Source: a virus (lineage: Duplodnaviria > Caudoviricetes). Taken from it: DNA of 29,677 nt. Shown piece by piece: positions 16,420 through 24,981 of the stretch (within the stretch, counting starts at the first letter, position 1; every line of letters starts with the position of its first letter). The stretch lies in the IMG/VR virus record IMGVR_UViG_3300013126_000167, positions 1 through 29,677 of that record; one strand, given 5' to 3'. A program made the translations under genes and the position numbers. Under the pieces are notes generated by a model that had not been told where the DNA came from, did no database searches, and saw only the letters and a program-made list of their open reading frames with translations.

Positions 16420-17658
16420 TCACTTTGATAAAAAATTGGTTCTAGAGAACTCTAAACGATCTACTAGTTTAACAGCGCCACCGTCGTGCCCGATCGCAAC
16501 AAATCCTTCTGGTGCTGTTACTCGATACCCGTCTGCGGTTTTTTGGAACGTTCCGATGCCTTCAACTTGACGTAGTTTGTTTAAAAGCATGCCTTTAAGT
16601 TCTACCAATCGTTTATAGACAGCCAAAATTCCAACCAGACTATTACTGTTATCGGCTATCCATTGCTCTTTAGCCTGTATTTTTGCCACACGATTCTGCG
16701 CTGCTCGACCATCAATACCACCACTTAGTTGTTCAATGCCTTTCATTTGTTCAGCTCTGTAATGTTCTATAAACTGTTTTAGAAACTGGGTTGGTTCGAC
16801 ACCATGTGCTCCGCCCCTTACCATTTGATTAATGAACGGTTTAACTGAGCGAGCAAATTCTTTATTAGATAAAATTATATCAAATTTCTGTTGTCCAACT
16901 TTTTCTAAAGTGTGGACAGTTGATGTTAGGTAATTTTGTATCTTGGTATTTTCGCTAGGAGTTAAACTAGCAATCCCAGTATAATCTTTATAGGTAGCAT
17001 CGTCAAACCATACATCATTGGTTGCAGTAAAAGCACCAACATTGACCCCAAAACTTGCTGTCATAGAATCGATAGTGTCGCCTTCGTATGAAGTATGAAA
17101 TATAATACCCAGTTTTGCTGCGGCTATTCGTTGGCCAAGGTTATTGTCTACAGGTACAGCATAAGTGATTGTGTTGGGAGTAAACACGTAGCACAATTCA
17201 TTGTTTACTTCTACAGTAGATATGTCACCTTCTGTAAACATTAAATCTCCTTGGACTACGCCGCCAATGCCTAATTTAGGCAGGTACTTTAGCGCCTGTG
17301 CTAGTTTATTAGCTAATTCAGGCTTGTCGCCGTAAAAATCTAAAATGTCTTCTTGATCTTTGCATCGTTTGGGTTGTGCTTTGGCAAACACCGATTTGGT
17401 GCCTACAAAAAATCTACCATCCTCAGGGTCAATCCCACATATAATAGCAGGACTACCATCCCATTTAACAGTTAATTGTGTTGTAGTGCCAGTACCCTCT
17501 GCTAGCATATGACGAAGACTATCAATATAGTTAAGTGCCTCCTGAGCACCTCTATATCCGGCATTAAAAACTAAGTCCTCTAAATGTTCAAGGTGCACAT
17601 TTTTACTTTCAGTGAGCAACCACTGCGGAGTTTTATTACGAATTTCAAACAGCTGCAT
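16420..17658 (-). CDS. DUF6267-like protein with covalent nucleotidyltransferase (ligase-like) motifs
   Basis: KNVHLEHLED, TVKWDGSPA (motif I KxDG), QGDLMF (III), PEGFVA (IV) and VKLVDR (V). Confidence 0.7.
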   Translation of the reverse strand: MQLFEIRNKTPQWLLTESKNVHLEHLEDLVFNAGYRGAQEALNYIDSLRHMLAEGTGTTTQLTVKWDGSPAIICGIDPEDGRFFVGTKSVFAKAQPKRCKDQEDILDFYGDKPELANKLAQALKYLPKLGIGGVVQGDLMFTEGDISTVEVNNELCYVFTPNTITYAVPVDNNLGQRIAAAKLGIIFHTSYEGDTIDSMTASFGVNVGAFTATNDVWFDDATYKDYTGIASLTPSENTKIQNYLTSTVHTLEKVGQQKFDIILSNKEFARSVKPFINQMVRGGAHGVEPTQFLKQFIEHYRAEQMKGIEQLSGGIDGRAAQNRVAKIQAKEQWIADNSNSLVGILAVYKRLVELKGMLLNKLRQVEGIGTFQKTADGYRVTAPEGFVAIGHDGGAVKLVDRLEFSRTNFLSK

Positions 17659-18097
17659 TTTTTTTACCTTTGCGAGCTAGTGTTGATACTACCTGCACTG
17701 ATTGGAATTCTCCAGGACGTTTCTTATCTAATCTTGCAGAATCGGCTGCTGATACTGCTGTTGGTGGGCTAGTCGGTCCCCACTGCACCATCCAGATTTT
17801 TTTTCCTGCGTCTTTAAAATAATCAACTTTGTTAAATTTAACCTTCAATCTGGTATTAGGCTGTAATGGCCAATCACCAACAGGGGTAAATCTCATATCC
17901 GTACTGGGTGTTCTATTAGAAGACTTTGCTGGTTGATTTTGTGCCACGGTGGCTAAATCGGCTTGACTCAATGCAGCAGTAGCTTTATCTACGTTGTCTA
18001 ATCCAACTAAAGATCCAACACCTGCTAGCGCACCAGCAGCGCCTCGCGCAAGTTTGTACCCTATATTGCCCTCTTTTAATATATCACTGATCTTCAT
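17645..18097 (-). CDS. Hypothetical late protein
   Basis: Start reassigned to ATG at 18097 (MKISDILKE), overlapping the upstream gene end. 150 aa. Confidence 0.65.
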   Translation of the reverse strand: MKISDILKEGNIGYKLARGAAGALAGVGSLVGLDNVDKATAALSQADLATVAQNQPAKSSNRTPSTDMRFTPVGDWPLQPNTRLKVKFNKVDYFKDAGKKIWMVQWGPTSPPTAVSAADSARLDKKRPGEFQSVQVVSTLARKGKKNAAV

Positions 18098-18335
18098 CTT
18101 TGAATTTCCTAATACCACGAGAGAATTTTGCAGGATCTTGTCCTTTGATTGCATTAAGCAGGCGTCGTTCTAATTCACCTGCAGTCACAGCATCGTAATT
18201 TTCTCTTATATGGTTAATGAGATTAATGGCGCCATTGATAATATTATTGGCACGAGTTTCGATGAGATTAGCCTTATCTTTATGGACTAGTAACTCATCA
18301 AGCTCTGTAAGAATGCTACGAGTGCGCTTTTGCAA
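18084..18335 (-). CDS. Hypothetical late protein
   Basis: TTG start with GGAG SD and GATAAATA (18356-18363) upstream. 83 aa. Confidence 0.7.
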   Translation of the reverse strand: MQKRTRSILTELDELLVHKDKANLIETRANNIINGAINLINHIRENYDAVTAGELERRLLNAIKGQDPAKFSRGIRKFKDEDQ

Positions 18336-18378
18336 AATTTAACTCCAATTTAATGTATTTATCGAAAAATTAAAAGAG

Positions 18379-19785
18379 TTATTCTGCTTTTTTAAGCCCG
18401 GCTAACATGCTTTTAAGTTTAGTACTATTAACTTCTGCATTAATTTTAGGAGCGTCTGTAATTTCGCCAGTTTCTTTATTTACAGTACTACCAGTTTTGA
18501 TACTACTTAGGATATTTGCCGCAGGGTTGCGCATGCCACCATTGGCATCATCACTAGCGCCGCTGTCTGTGATACGCATTGTGTCAATATCGTAGTCCAA
18601 ATCGATCTTTTGTCCTACCCCGGTTGAACTACGTGATTTCATACACTGAATTTGATAGCGGCCGCGCTCACGCATAGCACGTGACGTAAAGATACCAAAC
18701 ACGTTGTCTGCTGTGTTAATCTTACTCAATCCGCCTGCGATGTGACTATGATCAAATTCAATTTCTTCCACAGCACCACGATTAAGTTGCGATGCGGTCA
18801 CAAATAGTACACCAAGTTCTTTTGCTAAGTTACGTAGCTCTTCTGATACATATTTGTCTTTGACAAATAGGTCATTTGGGCTAACTTTAGCACTAACAGG
18901 CATAACTAAATCAAGATAGTCGATCATAACAAAGTCTACCCGACGTCCTGTTTGAATTTGATATTCTTTTAAGTATGCTCTAATGTCGTTGACATTACTT
19001 TGCGCTGGCATACCTTTAATTTGATAAGTGCCAGCTTTCTTACTTACAAGACGCACTTTCATTGTAGTAGTGTCCATGTCCTTACGGATATCCTTAGTGC
19101 CCATACCTGTAAGCATAGCATCAGTTCTTAATGCGCAAAGCTCTTCACTCAGCTCTAAACTTACATAAACACCATTTAACCCTTGTTGTAACCAACTTAA
19201 GGCAATGTTCATCATGACCAATGATTTGCCTGAGCCCGATCCACCAGCAAAGATGTTTAGTTCGCCGCGACTAAATCCGCCATACAATAACTTATCAAGT
19301 TGTGGCCACCCGGTACTTACCTGTCCGCCACTATTATAGTATTTTTCAAGACGTGCCTTAGGGTCTAGGAAATAATCTGTGCCCATATCTTTAGTAAGAC
19401 TAATCTGCACAGCATCTTTGATTAATTTTTCTACAGGATTAAAGTCGCCTTTTTCTAACATGTCTGCGGCTTTAAGAATAGCACGTTCAAGTTCTTGCTT
19501 CTTAGTAAAGCCTTCAAACTCGGTCATAAACCATTCATAATGGCTTTCGTTTAAGTCTGGCACGTGTTTAAGTTCTACGCCTGTAACTGCTTTGACTTGA
19601 TCAACAGTTGGCATAGTGCGATGTTGATCTGTGTGTTCTTTGATAAAACGTGCAACTTCACGTAAACTTCTGTCAAAGTTTTCTGGATTATAAATGTTTT
19701 GGACGCGAACATATGATTGTGCATCCTGCATCATCATTTCAATAAAAAGTTTTTGTAAATCTGGCGAATAGTCTTTTGTGCTCAT
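18379..19785 (-). CDS. dnaB: Replicative DnaB/T4 gp41-like helicase
   Basis: Walker A AGGSGSGKS, YVSLELSE, VMIDYLDL, TASQLNR and KSR arginine finger. Confidence 0.93.
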   Translation of the reverse strand: MSTKDYSPDLQKLFIEMMMQDAQSYVRVQNIYNPENFDRSLREVARFIKEHTDQHRTMPTVDQVKAVTGVELKHVPDLNESHYEWFMTEFEGFTKKQELERAILKAADMLEKGDFNPVEKLIKDAVQISLTKDMGTDYFLDPKARLEKYYNSGGQVSTGWPQLDKLLYGGFSRGELNIFAGGSGSGKSLVMMNIALSWLQQGLNGVYVSLELSEELCALRTDAMLTGMGTKDIRKDMDTTTMKVRLVSKKAGTYQIKGMPAQSNVNDIRAYLKEYQIQTGRRVDFVMIDYLDLVMPVSAKVSPNDLFVKDKYVSEELRNLAKELGVLFVTASQLNRGAVEEIEFDHSHIAGGLSKINTADNVFGIFTSRAMRERGRYQIQCMKSRSSTGVGQKIDLDYDIDTMRITDSGASDDANGGMRNPAANILSSIKTGSTVNKETGEITDAPKINAEVNSTKLKSMLAGLKKAE

Positions 19786-19789
19786 AATA

Positions 19790-20824
19790 TTAATTATACA
19801 TTTTCTTTTTCATAAGTTCAATTTTTAATCTACTCGTTTCTCTTGCGTCCAAAATAGACTTGAGTACAAAGAGCTTGCCATATTTAACCACAGCCTCATT
19901 AATATCTTTACATGTCTCAAAAAAGACAGGAAAACTCACTGACCAACCGTACTCAATAGCCCTGTTTACTAGTTGTGCACCTGCTCGGTCGGCATCTGGC
20001 ACAACAATAACTTCTCTGCCTAAACTATCAATGATATCTGCTTGTGTTTCTGAACAGTCATTGCTCATAACACTTACCCCATCTACACTCATAGCATCAA
20101 ATGGGCCTTCACAAACAATTACAAACTTAGCATCTGGCAATTGATTGTTTAAGTTGAATACTAAGTTGGGCTCGTAATTGCTGTAATACTTTGGCTTAAC
20201 TCCGTCAACAAACGCACGACTTGTATAGCCAACGATCTTACCTTCCCAATACATGGGAATAATCACACGTTGATGCAGGCTGTGATCAGTACTGTCTGTC
20301 CAGTAAAAATCATACTTAGCAGGATCAATTTTACGATTGTTAACGTAATCAACAGCTAAATTTAGCAGGGGTGGCACATCTTGAAAGTTGTTTAAGATAT
20401 GGAATGATAAGAACTGTTGAAAACTAATAGCATCAGCAGGTAGTTCACGAACTTTAAACTCAATTTTCTCTTCTTGTTCAGCTTTAAGCTCCTCTGGAGC
20501 TACAAGTTCACGGATGCGAATTGCTTCAATCACTAGCCGTTTTACATCGTTCTCGTTGGCGCCCAACCAGCGTAAGAGTTTACGGAATTTAAATGTCAAA
20601 TGCCTGCCGGGTTGATAACTGGCTTTGAAATTACAGTTGAAACACGAATAGGAGATTTTTCCATCAGCATCTACATGGACACCCCCTCTGCTTCTTGTGT
20701 CAGCAGACTCTCCGTTGTGTACGCAGCACGGCGCATTTCCTGACTGCCAACCCGAGGGGCTAGACTTAACTTTTCTTCCAGTCTTCCAAAGGTTTACAGT
20801 AAAATCTGATACAGTTTTAATCAA
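19790..20824 (-). CDS. DNA primase (T4 gp61/DnaG-like)
   Basis: Zn-binding NAPCC...YSCFNC, RVIIP..GKIVGYTSR, PKY, and TOPRIM VCEGPFDA, PDADRAG and KDINE. TTG start overlapping the endonuclease stop. Confidence 0.9.
   Translation of the reverse strand: MIKTVSDFTVNLWKTGRKVKSSPSGWQSGNAPCCVHNGESADTRSRGGVHVDADGKISYSCFNCNFKASYQPGRHLTFKFRKLLRWLGANENDVKRLVIEAIRIRELVAPEELKAEQEEKIEFKVRELPADAISFQQFLSFHILNNFQDVPPLLNLAVDYVNNRKIDPAKYDFYWTDSTDHSLHQRVIIPMYWEGKIVGYTSRAFVDGVKPKYYSNYEPNLVFNLNNQLPDAKFVIVCEGPFDAMSVDGVSVMSNDCSETQADIIDSLGREVIVVPDADRAGAQLVNRAIEYGWSVSFPVFFETCKDINEAVVKYGKLFVLKSILDARETSRLKIELMKKKMYN
19793..19821 (-). promoter_or_regulatory. Sigma70-like leaderless promoter of the helicase
   Basis: TTGAAC, 17-nt spacer, TATAAT, then 7 nt to ATG 19785 with no SD. 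Embedded in the primase 3' end. Confidence 0.65.
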
Positions 20825-21560
20825 TTATTTTAACCATCCATCCATCTTTACTAGGTTTATTATATCTTATTGTATTATATAATTTAGTATAGGGCAAGTT
20901 ATTATCTTTACACCATCCCCTAAAACATTTCACTTGCTCTTTATGACCATCCGGAAACGTTACTTCGTACAATTTAGACTTTTCTAACCAATTCTTTTTT
21001 GTAGTTTCGGATATTTTAGTGGTAACTTCTGGGTGTTCTTTGATATAACTTAACCACGTATCTGCTCGCTTTTTTCTGTCCTCATCAGTGAATCCACGTT
21101 GTGCCCACATAGCACGTGTTCGCTCAGCACACATTTTTTTATATGCCTCTAAATCAAAATCAGGTGAATTTAATTTTTTATCCCAAGCCTTTTTAGTTGA
21201 CTCGGAGACTTTTTTTCTATGTTCTTTAGTTTTTAGTTTTGATAAATCTCGATATTTCATTGCTTCTTTATAATTAGGACTCTTTGATGTATCACCGCCA
21301 GTACCTTCTTCATTTACAATATTTGCCCAATTTTCATCTTCTACTACATTCCATAGATTAGAATAATAGATACCTTTATCTCTAATATCATCTTTATTAT
21401 TAGATTCAAAAATAACTTCAGTATCAACGTCGCCCCCATATTTTTTAAGAATATTAACCCAACGTTTTCCTGATCCCTGGTACCAGTACGGGTCTCTTGA
21501 TGTTTGTCCTAAATATTTTATTCCTGTTAATTTGTGTGTTTTTACATATAAATAATACAT
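20817..21560 (-). mobile_element. Free-standing GIY-YIG (Seg-like) homing endonuclease gene
   Basis: YLYVKTHKLTGIKYLGQT, YQGSG and WANIVNEEGTGGD, followed by Lys-rich NUMOD-like repeats. Has its own GATAAATA (21587-21594). Confidence 0.85.
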
Positions 21561-21613
21561 ACATTTAATGCCCTATGTTGTATTTTTATTTATCAAAAAG
21601 ACAGCATACTAGT

Positions 21614-21642
21614 ATTTTAGCATACTAGCAGAGAAAAATCAA
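21614..21642 (-). promoter_or_regulatory. Sigma70-like promoter with extended -10, upstream of endonuclease/primase
   Basis: TTGATT, 17-nt spacer, TAAAAT preceded by TGn. Overlaid by a 10-bp direct repeat AGCATACTAG (21603-21612 and 21619-21628). Confidence 0.6.
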
Positions 21643-21651
21643 GAGAATTGA

Positions 21652-21993
21652 TTAGAAAGAAGTGGTGATACTACTACGAACCCAAGTATTAGCCGCAGTA
21701 CACACATACATATAACTGCCGCTGACAACTACTTGTCCTTTGACGCCCACAGCTGAACTACTAGCTGGCGCACTTTGGTTTACTAGGTTTAATCCTGTAA
21801 AGCCTAATAGATCATTTACAGTTAAGGTAACGTTACCAGTGCGCCCTGCTACTGTCAAAACGCTGTTTGTTAGCGAATTTACATTACTCTGTATTTGAGC
21901 AAAATTTTGATTAATTGTATTAAATGCGGTGCGTAGCGGATCACCATCACCTGCTGATGGACCTGTGCCTATGTTTACGTTAGATAAAATCAT
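21652..21993 (-). CDS. Small virion protein with T4 gp9/gp10-like N-terminus and fibre repeat
   Basis: VNIGTGPSAGDGDPLRTAFNTINQNF, SVLTVAGRTGNVTLT and YMYVCTAANTWVR. GATAAATA upstream (22018-22025). Confidence 0.75.
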   Translation of the reverse strand: MILSNVNIGTGPSAGDGDPLRTAFNTINQNFAQIQSNVNSLTNSVLTVAGRTGNVTLTVNDLLGFTGLNLVNQSAPASSSAVGVKGQVVVSGSYMYVCTAANTWVRSSITTSF

Positions 21994-22033
21994 GGAAATA
22001 CCCTAGTTATTATAGAGTATTTATCGCGATTAG

Positions 22034-22468
22034 TTAGTAAATGTTGTGTAGGACTTGTAGTTGCCCAGCAGCGCCCCAGTTGTCATCTGTGTAGGCTGGC
22101 AAGGTTAAACTACCCGAATTATAGCTGATTGTATAGTTGTAGAATTCCTGAGTCAGGTTAGCTACATTTGCTTGATCTAAAGTAACTGAAGCCAATGCTG
22201 TAGTTACATTACTAACAGTCACAGCGCCAGTCCAAACTGCTGCGTTGCCATCGGCACTAGTTACGCTAAATGTAAATGTTTTTCCTACAATATTTGCAGG
22301 CTTTTGGTCACTGTTACGAAAATTTATAGTAATTACATTATCAATGTTGTCATAGACTTTTACTGTTCTAGCGTACACGATTCGATTCCTTGTTGTTAAA
22401 GACAGATCTTCGTCCAAAAGTTGAACTTGGATTTTATTATCATATAAATAACTTGAGATGGTAGGCAA
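22034..22468 (-). CDS. Putative virion protein, beta-rich (Ig/BppU-like)
   Basis: TTG start with AAGGA SD and CTAAATA (22490-22496). VYDNIDNVITINFRNSDQKP and alternating beta-strand pattern. Confidence 0.6.
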   Translation of the reverse strand: MPTISSYLYDNKIQVQLLDEDLSLTTRNRIVYARTVKVYDNIDNVITINFRNSDQKPANIVGKTFTFSVTSADGNAAVWTGAVTVSNVTTALASVTLDQANVANLTQEFYNYTISYNSGSLTLPAYTDDNWGAAGQLQVLHNIY

Positions 22469-22505
22469 TTTGTCTTTATCCTTATTACGTATTTAGCAGA
22501 GCTCA

Positions 22506-22880
22506 ATGGAAGATAGTTATAAGAAATTATTAGATCAATATCCGTTTTTAAGTTACATCACCTACGGCGGAAATGAATACATTGGCGTCGTTCAAAACTC
22601 AGATGACATTATAACAACCATCTATGATTATGCTATACTTAAGTCGTTAGAACAAAAAACTAGATTTTTAGATCTAGCAGACCAATGGTGGTGGGAAAGC
22701 AACAGGCTAGTACCAATTAATGTGTTTTTAAAACAAGATTGGATAGAATTTAGAATTTGCCTAAAAACATTCAACAGTAAAGATGTTGTAATACAACACG
22801 GCCCGCATGTTAGTCTTAAAGAAATTGCCAATAAACGATCTAAGCGTCGGTCGATAACGCTTGTTCGCAGAGTAGGTTAA
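22506..22880 (+). CDS. Hypothetical protein, counter-oriented
   Basis: 124 aa with a perfect TATAAATA on the + strand at 22443-22450. 3' end overlaps the mini-DnaE by 41 nt. Confidence 0.75.
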   Translation: MEDSYKKLLDQYPFLSYITYGGNEYIGVVQNSDDIITTIYDYAILKSLEQKTRFLDLADQWWWESNRLVPINVFLKQDWIEFRICLKTFNSKDVVIQHGPHVSLKEIANKRSKRRSITLVRRVG

Positions 22881-23430
22881 GATTTACTACCACTAGTTGC
22901 GAATATGCTATTGAATGTGACTTTTTAAATGCGTACTCACCTTCAACTTTATCCCAAACAGTAGCACTAACCTCCTTCCACGTCTTGCCAATCAAATGGC
23001 GTTTTGCTGGTCGAATCACTGCTAAGAACATAGCCAATCTAGGAATGGTATCTACAGGTTCGGGCATTTTAAGTAATGTGTCGTAATGATTGTTTACGTG
23101 AATTAACTGCTGACATATTGCTGGATCATACAACTTAGTCCAGTCTGGCTCCTGCATTAACTCTATTAGATGAGATTCACTGCGTACCTGTTTATACAAA
23201 TTTACATTAAGAAAGTCCAGTTTAACATATCCGCGAGCTTCCGCATCATTGTAGTCCAGACTGGCATATCCTGTGAATGGATCTATAGGAATATCAGTCG
23301 GGTGTACTCCTGTATTGTGTCGAATCAGTTGACCATCACGAATTATGCTACTTGGTGTGACCTCTACTAGAGCTAGTACCTGGTCACGATCAGCAAAATC
23401 TATGTCAATATCTGAATTAAAGTTTTTCAA
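22840..23430 (-). CDS. Miniature DNA polymerase III alpha (DnaE, family C) catalytic-core-like protein
   Basis: SDIDIDF, RHNTGV, GYVKLDFLNV, LAVIRPA and YAFKKSHSIAYS are colinear with DnaE PDFDVDF, HAGG, GLVKFDFLGL, ALFRPG and YGFNKSHSAAY. Only 196 aa, TTG start. Confidence 0.8.
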   Translation of the reverse strand: MKNFNSDIDIDFADRDQVLALVEVTPSSIIRDGQLIRHNTGVHPTDIPIDPFTGYASLDYNDAEARGYVKLDFLNVNLYKQVRSESHLIELMQEPDWTKLYDPAICQQLIHVNNHYDTLLKMPEPVDTIPRLAMFLAVIRPAKRHLIGKTWKEVSATVWDKVEGEYAFKKSHSIAYSQLVVVNLNLLCEQALSTDA

Positions 23431-23593
23431 TTTTCATACCTAACATTTGGTCATTGGGTTGTTTGCGCACAGTCTGTTCAATTGATTTCTCTATCTTTGC
23501 TATTTTAGTTTCTAATTTTTCTATTACACGTATTAAGTATAACACATCACTACGCAATTGAACAAGTTCTCCAGAAATTTTAGTATCGTCCAT
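23417..23593 (-). CDS. Small coiled-coil hypothetical protein (58 aa)
   Basis: MDDTKISGELVQLRSDVLYLIRVIEKLETKIAKIEKSIEQ...KIEKL*. TAATG-coupled to the upstream gene and fills the gap before the mini-DnaE. Below the ORF-track cutoff. Confidence 0.65.
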   Translation of the reverse strand: MDDTKISGELVQLRSDVLYLIRVIEKLETKIAKIEKSIEQTVRKQPNDQMLGMKIEKL

Positions 23594-24345
23594 TACAGTC
23601 CTGCTTCCCTAAGAATCATTTTAATCCATTCAGTGTCAGCCACATAATCACTGAATTTACGTTGCCAAAAGTCTGGATCTATCCACGGAAGCACCATTGC
23701 AATATGTTCTTCCGACAAATTCCCAAGAAATTCAACACCGCTATCACAATTAAACACAACCCAAGGACTAATGCGCCCACTGGTAATATGAAAGCAAATA
23801 CGATTGCTACTACCATATCTAAAGTAGTCCTTGAAACTGGCAAGGGTTTTAATCTCATCTGCATACTCCTGCATTTCTATTAGGGCACGTTCTAGTGCGT
23901 CTTGTACTGCTTCCTTTTTAAGGTAAGCATGTAGATACTCTAAATAAACTCTCTCATGTGTCCAATGATCAAGTTTTTTATTTTCTTTAATTACATAATC
24001 AATAAAGGCTCTAGGATTAACAGCACGTATAGCAACTATGTGGCGACCAAATTTTACAAAAGCATTATAATAAGGGCTTTCTACAAAATCACTATAATTT
24101 TTAAGTTTGGCGCTGCCCTGTGTCATTTCGTAAAATCGCAGGTATGCTTGTAGGCCAAATTGCACGCCTACTTCTTTTTCCTGTTGCCACCGACGTTTGC
24201 TTTCGCACAGATGCGCCGCTAGGGTACTTTCCTTGCGATATTCTTTAGCACAGTATTTGCATTTAAAACTACTTAAACTGGGCTTTAATTGACTTGTCGT
24301 CCCATCCATGCTTTCTTGCCAAGTCCTCAATATCTCTTCGATCAT
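23593..24345 (-). CDS. Hypothetical protein with N-terminal C2H2/C2HC zinc finger
   Basis: FKCKYCAKEYRKESTLAAHLC. 250 aa; start uncertain. Confidence 0.7.
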   Translation of the reverse strand: MIEEILRTWQESMDGTTSQLKPSLSSFKCKYCAKEYRKESTLAAHLCESKRRWQQEKEVGVQFGLQAYLRFYEMTQGSAKLKNYSDFVESPYYNAFVKFGRHIVAIRAVNPRAFIDYVIKENKKLDHWTHERVYLEYLHAYLKKEAVQDALERALIEMQEYADEIKTLASFKDYFRYGSSNRICFHITSGRISPWVVFNCDSGVEFLGNLSEEHIAMVLPWIDPDFWQRKFSDYVADTEWIKMILREAGL

Positions 24346-24745
24346 TTATTTCTGCCAATAGTGCGATTTCATCGTCTTTAAGTTGCGGATATATTTCTTC
24401 TAAAAACTTAACAATCTTATTGTTGCTAGTATCTTTCTTTTTAGCCGGTTGCCAATAATGATGTTGTTTGCCCATGCTCGGACTAACTGTAGTACAAGTT
24501 AGCCATTGCAATTTTGGATGCTTGTTTAAATCAAAGAAATTTTTATTTACACGTTCATTTGTAGCCATTAGATAGTAGGCTTGAAGATCACCAGACCCTG
24601 CAACGCTAGCACCGTACCGTAGCATTAAATACGTACTAAATTTTTTTCGCTCTTCGTCAGTAAATTTATCGTAGTATGCACGATCTTTGCGATCAAATGC
24701 TGCCATTTCGTTACCAATGTAAAGTGGATCGTTATTTTGAACCAT
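24269..24745 (-). CDS. Putative clamp-loader small subunit (T4 gp62-like)
   Basis: Size and pattern FSTYLMLRY.S...TNERVN...HPKLQW...GKQHHYWQPAKKK resemble gp62 by eye. Replication context. Confidence 0.55.
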   Translation of the reverse strand: MVQNNDPLYIGNEMAAFDRKDRAYYDKFTDEERKKFSTYLMLRYGASVAGSGDLQAYYLMATNERVNKNFFDLNKHPKLQWLTCTTVSPSMGKQHHYWQPAKKKDTSNNKIVKFLEEIYPQLKDDEIALLAEINDRRDIEDLARKHGWDDKSIKAQFK

Positions 24746-24981
24746 TATCTTCCTTTACGCAAATAATTTAAAACTTGGTCTACACTTTGTTGCATTGTTT
24801 GATATTTGCTACGAAGACTTTCGATTTCGTCTTGTTGGCGTTCAACTATACGCAACAACCTATCAACTGCTTCTGTTTGTTCTCGTAGTTTCTTATCGTG
24901 GCTTAATAAATTAGGTCGAGGGGGTGCATTTGGATCTACCGGTTTTTTCTTCTTTGGTGCAAATTGTAATGGGTTAAACAT
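24745..24981 (-). CDS. Small coiled-coil hypothetical protein
   Basis: 78 aa with a basic/Pro-rich N-terminus then heptads. Coupled to both neighbours. Confidence 0.7.
   Translation of the reverse strand: MFNPLQFAPKKKKPVDPNAPPRPNLLSHDKKLREQTEAVDRLLRIVERQQDEIESLRSKYQTMQQSVDQVLNYLRKGR

Noticed and set aside
18098-18154. Longer start for 17645..18154
   Set aside because: Lies deep within the upstream gene. ATG 18097 gives a short overlap and the shared MKIxD/E N-terminus.
20817-21607. Group I intron in the primase gene
   Set aside because: The endonuclease ORF overlaps the primase start and only about 30 nt precede it, leaving no room for a ribozyme core. No P7-like elements were seen.
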